50,387 nucleotides of DNA from an uncultured Bdellovibrionales bacterium (GCA_964384235.1 CAYLJX010000004.1:81916-132302), one strand, 5' to 3'; counted from the first letter of the stretch, positions 7,171-15,989 are shown. The notes: a model not told the origin generated them from the letters alone. Numbers and translations are program-made.

Positions 7171-9003
7171 CTATTCGTCAATGAATCCCCCGGTCTGGCG
7201 GCTCCAGAGTCTGGCGTACAGGCCGTTCCTCGCGATGAGCGCATCATGGGTCCCCTCCTCTTCGGTCCGGCCATCCCGGTCGAGCACGACGATGCGGTCG
7301 AGCTTGCGCACCGTGGAGAGACGATGGGCGATAACGAGAGCGGTCTTGCCCCGCATCAGGTCGTCGAGCGACGCCTGGATAGCATGTTCGCTCTCCGAAT
7401 CAAGCGAGCTCGTCGCCTCGTCGAGAACGAGGATCGGCGCGTTCTTGAGAATCGCGCGAGCGATGGCGATACGCTGGCGCTGGCCGCCGGAGAGCTTGAC
7501 CCCGCGCTCCCCCACCAGCGTGTCATACCCCTGCGGCAGCGAGGCGATGAATTCGTCGGCATGCGCTTTCTTCGCCGCCTCCATGATCTTTTCCCGGGAG
7601 CTTTTCGGTCGGCCGTACCCGATGTTCTCGGCGATACTCCGATGAAAGAGCGCCGTGTCCTGCGGGACATATGCGATCGTCTCGCGCAGATCCTCTTCGC
7701 CGAGTCCCATGATGTCTCGTCCGCCGATGCGGATCGTACCACCCTGCGGTAGGACGAAGCGCAGAAGGAGTTTCGTGAGCGTACTCTTCCCCGATCCGGA
7801 TACCCCAACCAGTCCCACTTTCTCACCGGAGGAAATATCCAAAGAAAAATCCTGAAAGACCGGCGACCCCTTCTCATAACGGAACGTCACGTCATCGAAT
7901 GAAACGGCCGCCCCTGACAACCGGGATCCGTTCGGATTGACGATCGTTTCGGCATCGTGCCGTTCCATGATCTCGATCATCTCCGTCGCATCCGCGGCAT
8001 TCTTGACAAACCGCCCAAAAGCCCGACCGAGTGAAAAGAGTTCAAAAAACAGAAGTCCTGTGTAGACCTGGACGAGAACGACGGTTCCGGCACTCACCTC
8101 GCCGGCGATCCACAACCGGATCACGACATACATCACAGCAATCTCCAGCGTAGCGAACATGAGAGTCAGCGCGGCTATCAGGATGTTCCTGAAACGCCAC
8201 GCCCGGATACGGGTCCGCTCGTCCTTTTCTGCTATGACCGAAAAATGTTCTCTCTCCCTTTCCGCCGAGGCAAAGGTCTTCACCGTGAGAATATTGGTAA
8301 GCGCGTCGGAAAACGTTCCCGTGACGACGGAGTCCTGCGCCGCGCTTTCTTTGTCATACGGAAGACTCTTGCGCGTGATCCAGAGCGCGACCAAGATATA
8401 GACCGGGATCCACAGAAGGAACACCACCGCGATTACCGGCTTGATGAGAAAGAGCGCTACGATGGTCCCGGTCAGGGAAACAGCTGGCATCCAGAAGTTG
8501 AAGACGACGATATCACAGAGATCCTCGAAGGCGCGCACGTACCGCCTGGCCTGCGCAACGAGACTCCCTGTGAAACGATCGGTGAAAAACGAATATCCCT
8601 GACGCATGAACGACTCGAACGCCCGGTTGTTGAGATGCTCGATCGTCTTGCTCTGCGCGGATATGATGAGAAAGTCCCCAAGACGGTACATGCCCTGGTA
8701 AAAAATGATGACTCCGACAAGAAGGCCGAAGGAACCCATGAGCGAATCCGCGACTGCGGCACGGTCGGAAGCGGCGGAAATCGTATCAATGATCCGTCGG
8801 TAGACAAGCGGGGAAACCGTCCCACCACCAAGCGTCGCCAAAGCATACACCAAAAGCATGAGAAAATATGTCCTGCGATGCCGTTTCGCCGAAATAAGGT
8901 AAGACGAGAAAATCCGTCCGAAGGAAAAATGTTTCGATTGAGACTGCGATATTTCAGGCATATGAGACAAAAAACCTGCGGACTTGCAGGTTTCTCTAAT
9001 CAT
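7171..9003 (-). CDS. ABC exporter, fused permease/ATPase (MsbA-type)
   Basis: Six-TM N-half. Walker A GVSGSGKST, signature LSGGQRQR, Walker B ILVLDEATS. The first 14 codons overlap a terminator-like hairpin (8964..8994), so ATG 8961 (MPEISQ..) may be the true start. Confidence 0.88.
   Translation of the reverse strand: MIRETCKSAGFLSHMPEISQSQSKHFSFGRIFSSYLISAKRHRRTYFLMLLVYALATLGGGTVSPLVYRRIIDTISAASDRAAVADSLMGSFGLLVGVIIFYQGMYRLGDFLIISAQSKTIEHLNNRAFESFMRQGYSFFTDRFTGSLVAQARRYVRAFEDLCDIVVFNFWMPAVSLTGTIVALFLIKPVIAVVFLLWIPVYILVALWITRKSLPYDKESAAQDSVVTGTFSDALTNILTVKTFASAEREREHFSVIAEKDERTRIRAWRFRNILIAALTLMFATLEIAVMYVVIRLWIAGEVSAGTVVLVQVYTGLLFFELFSLGRAFGRFVKNAADATEMIEIMERHDAETIVNPNGSRLSGAAVSFDDVTFRYEKGSPVFQDFSLDISSGEKVGLVGVSGSGKSTLTKLLLRFVLPQGGTIRIGGRDIMGLGEEDLRETIAYVPQDTALFHRSIAENIGYGRPKSSREKIMEAAKKAHADEFIASLPQGYDTLVGERGVKLSGGQRQRIAIARAILKNAPILVLDEATSSLDSESEHAIQASLDDLMRGKTALVIAHRLSTVRKLDRIVVLDRDGRTEEEGTHDALIARNGLYARLWSRQTGGFIDE
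8964..8994 (-). terminator. Terminator-like hairpin plus U-run immediately upstream of the probable ABC exporter start
   Basis: Minus strand GAAACCTGCAAGTCCGCAGGTTTTTTGTCTCATATG. Confidence 0.5.
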
Positions 9004-9068
9004 CTAATCAAAAGACGATACTTCACTTCCGTCAGAGGCGGACAGGCGTTGCGGGGGTAGTAAAATTG

Positions 9069-9089
9069 CTTGTTGCGGGGGTGGGATTC
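9069..9089 (-). repeat. Direct 21-nt copy of the tRNA-fMet 3' end
   Basis: cttgttgcgggggtgggattc is identical at 9069..9089 and 9178..9198 (109-nt period). A third 11-nt copy, gttgcgggggt, sits at 9049..9059. Confidence 0.9.
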
Positions 9090-9181
9090 CCTTTCAGGCC
9101 TGGGCATCGCCAGAGGCTCACCCTTCTCATCCCACCGCGAGCCAAGCAGTTGGCTCGCTCCCCTTCACTTCGTTTCACTTG

Positions 9182-9255
9182 TTGCGGGGGTGGGATTCGA
9201 ACCCACGACCTTGTGGTTATGAGCCACACGAGCTGCCAGACTGCTCTACCCCGCT
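9182..9255 (-). tRNA. tRNA-Met (CAT), initiator-like, CCA not encoded
   Basis: AGCGGGGTAGAGCAG..CTCATAA..GTGGGTTCGAATCCCACCCCCGCAA. Has a 1:72 A/A mismatch and A11:U24, as in bacterial initiators, but only two of the three usual G-C pairs at the base of the anticodon stem. Confidence 0.85.
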
Positions 9256-9427
9256 ATATCGCGCTTTCGCGCTCCAATTTCCAAGAACCAAGCACCAATT
9301 TCCAAAAAAATCTACTTTCCGATCCTTGCAAACCTCATGATAGCACGGTTTCGGATTCCAGTCATTTTGACCGTATTTGTTTCTTGGAATTTGGTTATTG
9401 GTTCTTCCGTGCCTATGGCACGGCTTG

Positions 9428-9501
9428 TGGGTGATCCAAGACTCGAACTTGGGACCTCGACATTATCAGTGTCGCGCTCTAACCACCTGAGCTAATCACC
9501 C
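9428..9501 (-). tRNA. tRNA-Ile (GAT), CCA not encoded
   Basis: GGGTGAT/ATCACCC acceptor, anticodon loop CTGATAA, T arm CCAAG-TTCGAGT-CTTGG, A73. Confidence 0.92.
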
Positions 9502-9558
9502 GTTTCTCGCATGAAAAATATTCTACCAAAAACCACGGAAAAATCAAGAGCTACCGAA

Positions 9559-9583
9559 ATGTGGACCCGGGCAGGAATCGAAC
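9559..9583 (-). repeat. Diverged copy of the tRNA-Ala T-arm 3' half plus acceptor 3' strand
   Basis: Minus strand GTTCGATTCCTGCCCGGGTCCACA versus the genuine GGTTCGAATCCGCTCGGGTCCACA, 47 nt upstream. Confidence 0.8.
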
Positions 9584-9607
9584 TACTCGGCCTTCGGCCT
9601 GCGTTTG

Positions 9608-9680
9608 TGGACCCGAGCGGATTCGAACCGCTGACCCCCGCATTGCAAATGCGGTGCTCTACCAACTAAGCTACGGGCCC
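9608..9680 (-). tRNA. tRNA-Ala (TGC), CCA not encoded
   Basis: GGGCCCG/CGGGTCC acceptor with G3:U70, anticodon loop TTTGCAA, T arm AGCGG-TTCGAAT-CCGCT, A73. Confidence 0.92.
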
Positions 9681-9730
9681 GTAAATATCCCTCATCCTAC
9701 AGGAAAAACAGCGCGTTGTCCACTCTCCTT

Positions 9731-9759
9731 TTGCCAGAAAAACAAAACGTCGCTACAAT
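9731..9759 (+). promoter_or_regulatory. Sigma-70-type promoter for dprA
   Basis: TTGCCA, 17-nt spacer, TACAAT; about 25 nt upstream of the dprA start. Confidence 0.6.
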
Positions 9760-9780
9760 GGCAGGCAATTCCCCTCCCTA

Positions 9781-10887
9781 TTGTATATGCACCAACACGC
9801 CTACCTTAACGCCTTCAGATCGATTCCTGTGAATAACAAGACGATTGCCTTGCTTGTCAGACACTTTGGAAGCGCCGAAGCGGCATGGCAAGCGGACACA
9901 AAGGCTCTAGGTGCCTGTCCCGGACTGAAACCGGAGGCTATCGAAAGGGTAGTTGTCGGACGGCAGACGATAGATGTATCGAAAGAATGGGAAAAGCTCG
10001 AACGGGAAAACATCCGCATCATCACCCGAAAAGACCCTGATTTTCCTTCCCTGCTCAAGGAGATCCCGGACGCACCATACCTGTTGTATGTTCGAGGAGT
10101 ATATGATTTCTCCACGGACAGTCCCTTGATCGCCATTGTCGGTTCGCGCAAGTTCACGAGCTACGGGGAACAGGCTGCGTACCGCCTGGCTACCGACCTC
10201 TCAGCCGCAGGATTCGTCGTCGTCTCCGGACTCGCTTTCGGTATCGACTCTATCGCGCACAAAGCCGCCCTCGAGATCGGATGCGAAACGCTCGCCGTCA
10301 TGGGAAACGGTCTTGCTGATCGGTTTCTCTATCCACGAAACCACGTCCCGCTCGCCAAGGCGATCGAAAGACGCGGGGCGCTCATCTCCGAATACGCACC
10401 GGAAACGAAGGCCGAGACCTATACTTTCCCGGAGCGCAACCGTATCGTCGCCGGTCTCTGCCACGGCACCATCGTCATCGAAGCGGCCGAGGAGAGCGGT
10501 ACGCTCATCACCGCCCGTCTCGCGCTTGAATACGACCGGGAGGTCTTTGCCGTACCGGGACCGATCTTCTCACCGATGTCCGTCGGCACCAACCGTCTCA
10601 TCCGATCAGGCGCAAAGTGCGTCACGTCGGTACAGGATATCCTGGAAGAATTTCCCGCTCTTTCCGAAAGGCTTGCCCGTTCGAAACGGAACCCTCAGGA
10701 ACAAACCGTCACGACTTCAGAAGAAGACCGCCTACTGTCGACCCTTTCGCATGAGCCACTTCACGTCGATCAGATCGCCAAGATAGTCAAGCTGAACGCG
10801 GCCTCTACGGGATCACTTCTTGCCATGATGGAAATAAAAGGTATAGTAAGAAACATTGGCGGAATGCATTACATACGAATCAGCTAA
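9781..10887 (+). CDS. dprA: DNA processing protein DprA/Smf
   Basis: 368-aa ORF with the DprA Rossmann core (IAIVGSRKFTSYG..VVSGLAFGIDSIAHKAAL..TFPERNRIVAGL..VIEAAEESGTLITA) and a C-terminal winged-helix-like tail. TTG 9781 or ATG 9787 start. Confidence 0.88.
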   Translation: MYMHQHAYLNAFRSIPVNNKTIALLVRHFGSAEAAWQADTKALGACPGLKPEAIERVVVGRQTIDVSKEWEKLERENIRIITRKDPDFPSLLKEIPDAPYLLYVRGVYDFSTDSPLIAIVGSRKFTSYGEQAAYRLATDLSAAGFVVVSGLAFGIDSIAHKAALEIGCETLAVMGNGLADRFLYPRNHVPLAKAIERRGALISEYAPETKAETYTFPERNRIVAGLCHGTIVIEAAEESGTLITARLALEYDREVFAVPGPIFSPMSVGTNRLIRSGAKCVTSVQDILEEFPALSERLARSKRNPQEQTVTTSEEDRLLSTLSHEPLHVDQIAKIVKLNAASTGSLLAMMEIKGIVRNIGGMHYIRIS

Positions 10888-10964
10888 CAACGAACAAGAA
10901 ACAGTAAACAAAGAAGTTCAGGGATCTCCCTGCTCGTTGTTCACTGCTCACTGTTCACTGTCCC

Positions 10965-13127
10965 ATGAAATTACTTATAGTAGAGTCTCCCTCCAAGGCG
11001 AAGACCATCGAAAAATATCTCAAGGGCGATTACCGCGTGGTCGCCTCCGTCGGCCATGTCCGCGACCTCCCCAAAAGCAACAAGTCCGCGATCGACATCG
11101 AGGCCGGCTTCGTACCGCGCTATGAGGTGACCCCCGGCAAGGAACACATCGTCTCGGAACTCAAAAGTCTCGCCAAAAAGAGCGACGAGGTCCTGCTCGC
11201 CACCGACCCCGACCGCGAAGGCGAGGCGATCGCCTGGCACGTCGCCGAGACCTGCGACCTCAAGAAACCTCGGCGCGTCCTCTTCTACGAGATCACCGAA
11301 AAGGCCGTCAAGGAAGCCGTCACCCATCCCCGTGCCCTCGACAAGAATCTCCGCAAGGCCCAGGAGGCACGGCGCGTTCTCGACCGCCTCGTCGGGTATG
11401 ACCTCTCCGGCCTTGTCTGGAAGAAGGTCCGCTACGGGCTCTCGGCCGGACGCGTCCAGTCCCCGGCCCTCCATATATTGGCAGTGCGGGAGAAAGAGAT
11501 CCGGGCTTTCCAGCCGGAGACCTATTTCATCATCACCGCCGACACCGAGACGAAAGACAAGGAACCGCTCCGGCTCACCTGCATGGAACAGCCCGCCACG
11601 AAGGAGCGGACCGACGAGATCCTCGCGCTCGCCCGTTCCAATAAGTGGGAAGTCGTCTCCGTGACCACCACCGAGGCCCTGCGCCGGCCCAACGCACCCT
11701 TCACGACCTCGACACTCCAGCAGTCCGCGAGCTCGCGTCTTGGGCTTTCGCCGTCACGTACCATGCGCGCCGCGCAGAAGCTTTACGAAAAGGGCTTCAT
11801 CACCTACATGCGTACCGACTCGGTCTCGCTCTCCGAAGACATCATACCCGTACTTGCCGGTATCGTGAGAAAGGAATTCGGTGAGAAATATGTCTCGGTA
11901 CGCCGCTACAAGACCAAGTCCAAGAACGCCCAGGAAGCCCACGAGGCCATCCGACCGACCGACCCGACGAAAAAATCCGCCGGCTTCACCGACGACGAGA
12001 AAAAACTCTATCAGCTCATCCGCACCCGCGCCCTCTCCTCGCAGATGGCAGACGCCGAAATCCTTCGGACCAAGATCATCGCGAACACCGTCGATCGGGC
12101 TCTGCCGGACTTTTCCGTGAACGGTTCTCACCTCCTCTTCGACGGCTGGCTCGCCTGCGACAGGGCCGCGCGCGGTGATGACGTCGAGGTACCGAAGGCG
12201 CAGGCCTCCGATCCGCTCACGCTCAAGGACATCGTGTCCGAAGAGAAACAGACCGAACCGCCCAAGCGCTACACCGAGGCCGGCCTCGTCAAGGAGCTCG
12301 AGAAGCGCGGCATCGGCCGACCATCGACCTACGCATCGATCGTCAAGACCATCCAGGATCGCGGCTATGTCGAAAAGGAAGGCAAATCGCTCAAGGTCAC
12401 CGATACCGGCATCGTCGTCGACGATTTCCTCTTCACGCACTTCGATGAGATCGTCTCGGAGCAGTTCACCGCCGACATGGAGAACAAGCTCGACGAGATC
12501 GCCCAAGGCGAGCGCGACTACGCCAAGACACTCTCGGAGTTCTATACCCCCTTCTCCAAGGAAGTGAAAGCCAAGGACAAGAAGATCGACAAGGTCACCA
12601 ACATGGGCGACGCGCCGGACGATATCAAGTGCCCCAAGTGCGGCTCCAAGATGGTCGTGAAACTCGCGCGCACCGGCACCTTCCTCTCTTGCTCACGCTT
12701 CCCCGACTGCGACGGTGCCCGCACCATCGACGGCAAGGAACTCGAAGGGCCCAAAGAAACCGGGGAGGCCTGCCCGCAGTGCAAGGATGGCAAGCTCGTC
12801 GAGCGCGACGGCCGCTACGGACGCTTCGTGGCCTGCTCCAATTATCCGAAGTGCAAATACATCAAGAAAGACGCCATTCCTCAGAACGGCACCGGCGTCC
12901 AATGCCCGGTATGCAAGAAAGGCGAGATGGTGGAGCGTCGCGGACGCTTCGGTATCTTCTACAGCTGCTCCAACTATCCCGACTGCAAGAACGCCATCAA
13001 GGCCAAACCGACCGGCGCCCTCTGCAAACTCTGCGGTAGCCTGATGATGGAAGGAACAAAAACGATTCCGGAAAGATGCAGCAACAAGGCGTGCCCGAAT
13101 CACAACCCACACAAGCTGAAGAAGTAG
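10965..13127 (+). CDS. topA: DNA topoisomerase I with four C-terminal zinc ribbons
   Basis: TOPRIM start MKLLIVESPSKAKTIEKYL, active-site Tyr context GFITYMRTDS, and repeated CPxC..CSN(Y/F)PxC ribbons at the C-terminus. dprA-topA synteny is common. Confidence 0.93.
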   Translation: MKLLIVESPSKAKTIEKYLKGDYRVVASVGHVRDLPKSNKSAIDIEAGFVPRYEVTPGKEHIVSELKSLAKKSDEVLLATDPDREGEAIAWHVAETCDLKKPRRVLFYEITEKAVKEAVTHPRALDKNLRKAQEARRVLDRLVGYDLSGLVWKKVRYGLSAGRVQSPALHILAVREKEIRAFQPETYFIITADTETKDKEPLRLTCMEQPATKERTDEILALARSNKWEVVSVTTTEALRRPNAPFTTSTLQQSASSRLGLSPSRTMRAAQKLYEKGFITYMRTDSVSLSEDIIPVLAGIVRKEFGEKYVSVRRYKTKSKNAQEAHEAIRPTDPTKKSAGFTDDEKKLYQLIRTRALSSQMADAEILRTKIIANTVDRALPDFSVNGSHLLFDGWLACDRAARGDDVEVPKAQASDPLTLKDIVSEEKQTEPPKRYTEAGLVKELEKRGIGRPSTYASIVKTIQDRGYVEKEGKSLKVTDTGIVVDDFLFTHFDEIVSEQFTADMENKLDEIAQGERDYAKTLSEFYTPFSKEVKAKDKKIDKVTNMGDAPDDIKCPKCGSKMVVKLARTGTFLSCSRFPDCDGARTIDGKELEGPKETGEACPQCKDGKLVERDGRYGRFVACSNYPKCKYIKKDAIPQNGTGVQCPVCKKGEMVERRGRFGIFYSCSNYPDCKNAIKAKPTGALCKLCGSLMMEGTKTIPERCSNKACPNHNPHKLKK

Positions 13128-13166
13128 TATCTCGTATTTTGTATCTTGTATTAAGGGAAAACAAAA

Positions 13167-13205
13167 AAGGCAGCGATTATTGTTATAATATTGCTGCCTT
13201 TCTGG
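13167..13205. terminator. Bidirectional rho-independent terminator (topA / hypothetical gene)
   Basis: aaggcagc..gctgcctt hairpin flanked by an A-run upstream and a T-run downstream. Confidence 0.7.
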
Positions 13206-13218
13206 TTCTTGCAACCAG

Positions 13219-13533
13219 TTAAAAAGTAAACGTCACGAGACTCTCCACGGTAACGTTTCGTTCCTGGAGACAGAAGTGTCCCTCCCCGTCACGAACCACC
13301 ATGAGCTCTCCACTCGTGAGAGCCACCACGGCCGTACGTCGAGGACCGTAGATTTCCTCATCGGCCAGATCGCGGTAACGACTCATGATGACAGGAGGAA
13401 TTACCAGACTGCCAACCTTCTGCTGTTGATGCGGATCAGCGAACAAGTGAAGTTCGCAGTCCTCGATTCTGGCGGATTGAACTCCCTCGACATCCACCGG
13501 AATACAATAGAGCTTTCCCCTGCCATTTTTCAT
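13219..13533 (-). CDS. Hypothetical protein (104 aa)
   Basis: ATG preceded by GGGGGAAAGAG (SD-like) and a TTGACA-N17-TAGGGT promoter-like site. No recognisable motif. Confidence 0.55.
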   Translation of the reverse strand: MKNGRGKLYCIPVDVEGVQSARIEDCELHLFADPHQQQKVGSLVIPPVIMSRYRDLADEEIYGPRRTAVVALTSGELMVVRDGEGHFCLQERNVTVESLVTFTF

Positions 13534-13689
13534 GCTCTTTCCCCCATAAAACTGTTAAGGTGATATTTGAAAGAGAGGATCTCTCAGTCAAAATTGCCTT
13601 CACCCTACCGTAAAACACTCTTTTTGTCAAGTAAAAAAGGCTCTTTCAAGACTCTTTTTTCTTTAAACAAGGGTTTTTACGGTCTGTTT

Positions 13690-15108
13690 CTACAAGGTGA
13701 TGACGAGCTGCATGTTCGTCGCGCCTTTCTTGCCGAACGGCACACCGGCGACGATCACTACACGGTCACCGCGAACCCCGAGCTTTTCCTTGAGCACGGT
13801 CTGCCGCACCGTCTTGAGGACCTCGTCCATATCGGAAAGCGGCTCCGCCAAAAGAAGCGCATGACAACCGAAAGAAAGCGCCATCTGGTCACGCGTGACG
13901 ACGTCAGGAGTCAGCACCAAAAGCGGCTGCTTGGGACGATGCCGCGCCACCATACGAGGAGTGAAACCGGATTCGGTCAACGCCACGATCAGCTTGGCTC
14001 CCAACTCGTTGGCCGAACGGACCACCGCATGCGTCACAGTATCCACGACGATCTCCTTGGTCAGCCGCTCACGACTCATGAGCGGAACTTCGGAATTCCC
14101 CTCCACCTCCTCGGCGATCCGGCGCATGGTGGCGACCGCGTCCACCGGGTACTTCCCCAAAGTGGTTTCCTCCGAAAGCATCACCGCGTCCGTCCCGTCG
14201 AGAATGGAATTGGCGACGTCGCTCACTTCGGCGCGGGTAGGAACCGGCAGTTGGATCATCGACTCAAGCATCTGCGTCGCCACGATGACCGGTTTTCCCA
14301 AACGTCTCGCTTCCCGGATGATCCGCTTCTGCAGAAGCGGCACCTGTTCCATCGGCATCTCGACCGCGAGATCTCCTCGCGCCACCATGACGCCGTCAGC
14401 GGTCTCGATGATGCCTTCGAGATTCTCGATCGCTTCTTCCGTCTCGATCTTGGCGATGATACGGGCCTTGGACTTCCGTTTTTCCAGGATACGGCGAAGC
14501 TCCAGTACGTCCTCGACCTGCCGCACGAAGGAAAGAGCGACGAAATCCACTCCGACCTCAAGCCCCGTCTCCAGGTCCTTCTTGTCCTTGGCCGTGAGCG
14601 AGCTGATCCGCAGGTGCGTCCCTGGCAGATTGACGCCGCGCCGTCCCTTGGTATCGCCGCCCACGACGACCGTACAATGGATATCGGGACCCTTCACGCG
14701 ATCCACGACGAGCTTTTTCTTCCCATCATCCAGGAGGATGAATTTCCCCGGCCTGATTTCCTGCGGGAGATGTCGGTAATTGACGAAGACCCGTTCCGCG
14801 GATCCCTCGCACGATTTGGTGGTGAGCACGATCTTCTTTCCTTTTTTGAGCTCTACCCGACCGGTCGGCGTCGAAAAATCCCCGATGCGGATCTTGGGGC
14901 CGGAGAGATCCTGGAGTACCGCGATCGGCCGTTTTGTCTTTTGGGCGACGGACCGCACCAAGGCAATGTTCCTGGCATGGACTTCCCGCGTCTCGTGCGA
15001 AAAATTGAACCGCACGACGTTCAGGCCTGCCGCGATCATGGCGCGAAGCGTCTTTTCATTGGCGGACACCGGTCCGAGTGTCGCGACGATCTTGGTCTTT
15101 TTGGTCAT
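13690..15108 (-). CDS. pyk: Pyruvate kinase
   Basis: Starts MTKKTKIVATLGPVS. Also has NFSHE, MVARGDLAVEMP and the C-terminal regulatory domain. The longer ORF to 15351 overlaps the znuB 3' end and was trimmed. Confidence 0.9.
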   Translation of the reverse strand: MTKKTKIVATLGPVSANEKTLRAMIAAGLNVVRFNFSHETREVHARNIALVRSVAQKTKRPIAVLQDLSGPKIRIGDFSTPTGRVELKKGKKIVLTTKSCEGSAERVFVNYRHLPQEIRPGKFILLDDGKKKLVVDRVKGPDIHCTVVVGGDTKGRRGVNLPGTHLRISSLTAKDKKDLETGLEVGVDFVALSFVRQVEDVLELRRILEKRKSKARIIAKIETEEAIENLEGIIETADGVMVARGDLAVEMPMEQVPLLQKRIIREARRLGKPVIVATQMLESMIQLPVPTRAEVSDVANSILDGTDAVMLSEETTLGKYPVDAVATMRRIAEEVEGNSEVPLMSRERLTKEIVVDTVTHAVVRSANELGAKLIVALTESGFTPRMVARHRPKQPLLVLTPDVVTRDQMALSFGCHALLLAEPLSDMDEVLKTVRQTVLKEKLGVRGDRVVIVAGVPFGKKGATNMQLVITL

Positions 15109-15158
15109 AGAAAAAAAAGAAAAACAGAGTTCCATCGTACTCCGGATATCATGCGCCG

Positions 15159-15986
15159 TCAAGACAAAGACTCCCTGGTCTTCAGGAAATGTGTGAGGAA
15201 ATAGGTAAGGATGAAGAGAAGGACGGAAACCAGGACGATCGCGCCGCCGCTCGCCAGGTCGAAAGAAAACGCGAGGAAGAATCCGCTCACGACCGAACAG
15301 ACTGACAGGACGATCGAGAGGATCATGGTCGCTCGGAAGCCGAAACCCCACTGCATGGCCGAGAGTACCGGAACCACCATGAGCGCCCCGATGAGGAGCG
15401 CGCCGACCATCTGCATGGCCGCCGCCACCGTCACGGCCGTCAGACTGATGAAGACAGTGTTGATGGTGCGCACGCTGACGCCGCTTACCCGGGCCAGATC
15501 CTCATCCAGGACAAAGAGAAAGAGCTCGCGGGAGAAAAAGAAGAGGAAAAGAAGTGTCGCGATTCCCAGACCGATCAGGACGAAGACGTCCCCGGTCGTC
15601 ACCGTCGTCAGACTGCCGAAGAGATAGCTCAGAAGATTGGCGTTAAGACCGTGCGCGGCGCTCAGGATCACGACCGAGAACGCGAGACTGCTCGAGAGAA
15701 ACAGCGCCACTACGGCCTCCCCGAACACTCGGCGTTCCGAACGGAGTTTCTCCATGCCGAGCGCGGCGAGAAACGAAGCGCTAAGCGCCCCGATGAATAC
15801 CGGTATCTTGGCAAAGAGCGCGATCGCCACACCGAGAAGCGACACATGGGCGAGCGCGTCCGCCAGAAGTGAGTAGCGCCGCACGACGAGAAACGTCCCG
15901 ATGATCGGCGCTATGACGGAGAGCAGCAGTCCCGCTTCGAAAGCACGGACCAGGAAATCGAATTGGAAGAGAGAAAAGAAACTCAT
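15159..15986 (-). CDS. znuB: Metal (zinc/manganese) ABC transporter permease
   Basis: 275-aa polytopic membrane protein of the ZnuB/MntB type, in an operon with the ATPase, the binding protein and the Fur-family regulator. Confidence 0.85.
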   Translation of the reverse strand: MSFFSLFQFDFLVRAFEAGLLLSVIAPIIGTFLVVRRYSLLADALAHVSLLGVAIALFAKIPVFIGALSASFLAALGMEKLRSERRVFGEAVVALFLSSSLAFSVVILSAAHGLNANLLSYLFGSLTTVTTGDVFVLIGLGIATLLFLFFFSRELFLFVLDEDLARVSGVSVRTINTVFISLTAVTVAAAMQMVGALLIGALMVVPVLSAMQWGFGFRATMILSIVLSVCSVVSGFFLAFSFDLASGGAIVLVSVLLFILTYFLTHFLKTRESLS

Positions 15987-15989
15987 AGA

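Noticed and set aside
6328-9198. The tRNA 3'-end direct repeats as attL/attR of an integrated genomic island.
   Set aside because: The repeats are only 47-173 nt apart, and no integrase, excisionase or cargo gene lies between or near them. At most they are decayed or miniature remnants, which is kept as one hypothesis in the findings.
9032-9809. ORFs 9032..9229 (-), 9066..9434 (+) and 9561..9809 (+) in the tRNA cluster.
   Set aside because: They read straight through tRNA genes and their repeats. They are artefacts of the six-frame translation.
15109-15351. 81-codon N-terminal extension of pyruvate kinase.
   Set aside because: It overlaps the 3' end of znuB and has no similarity to PK. The canonical MTKKTKIVATLGP start is at 15108.
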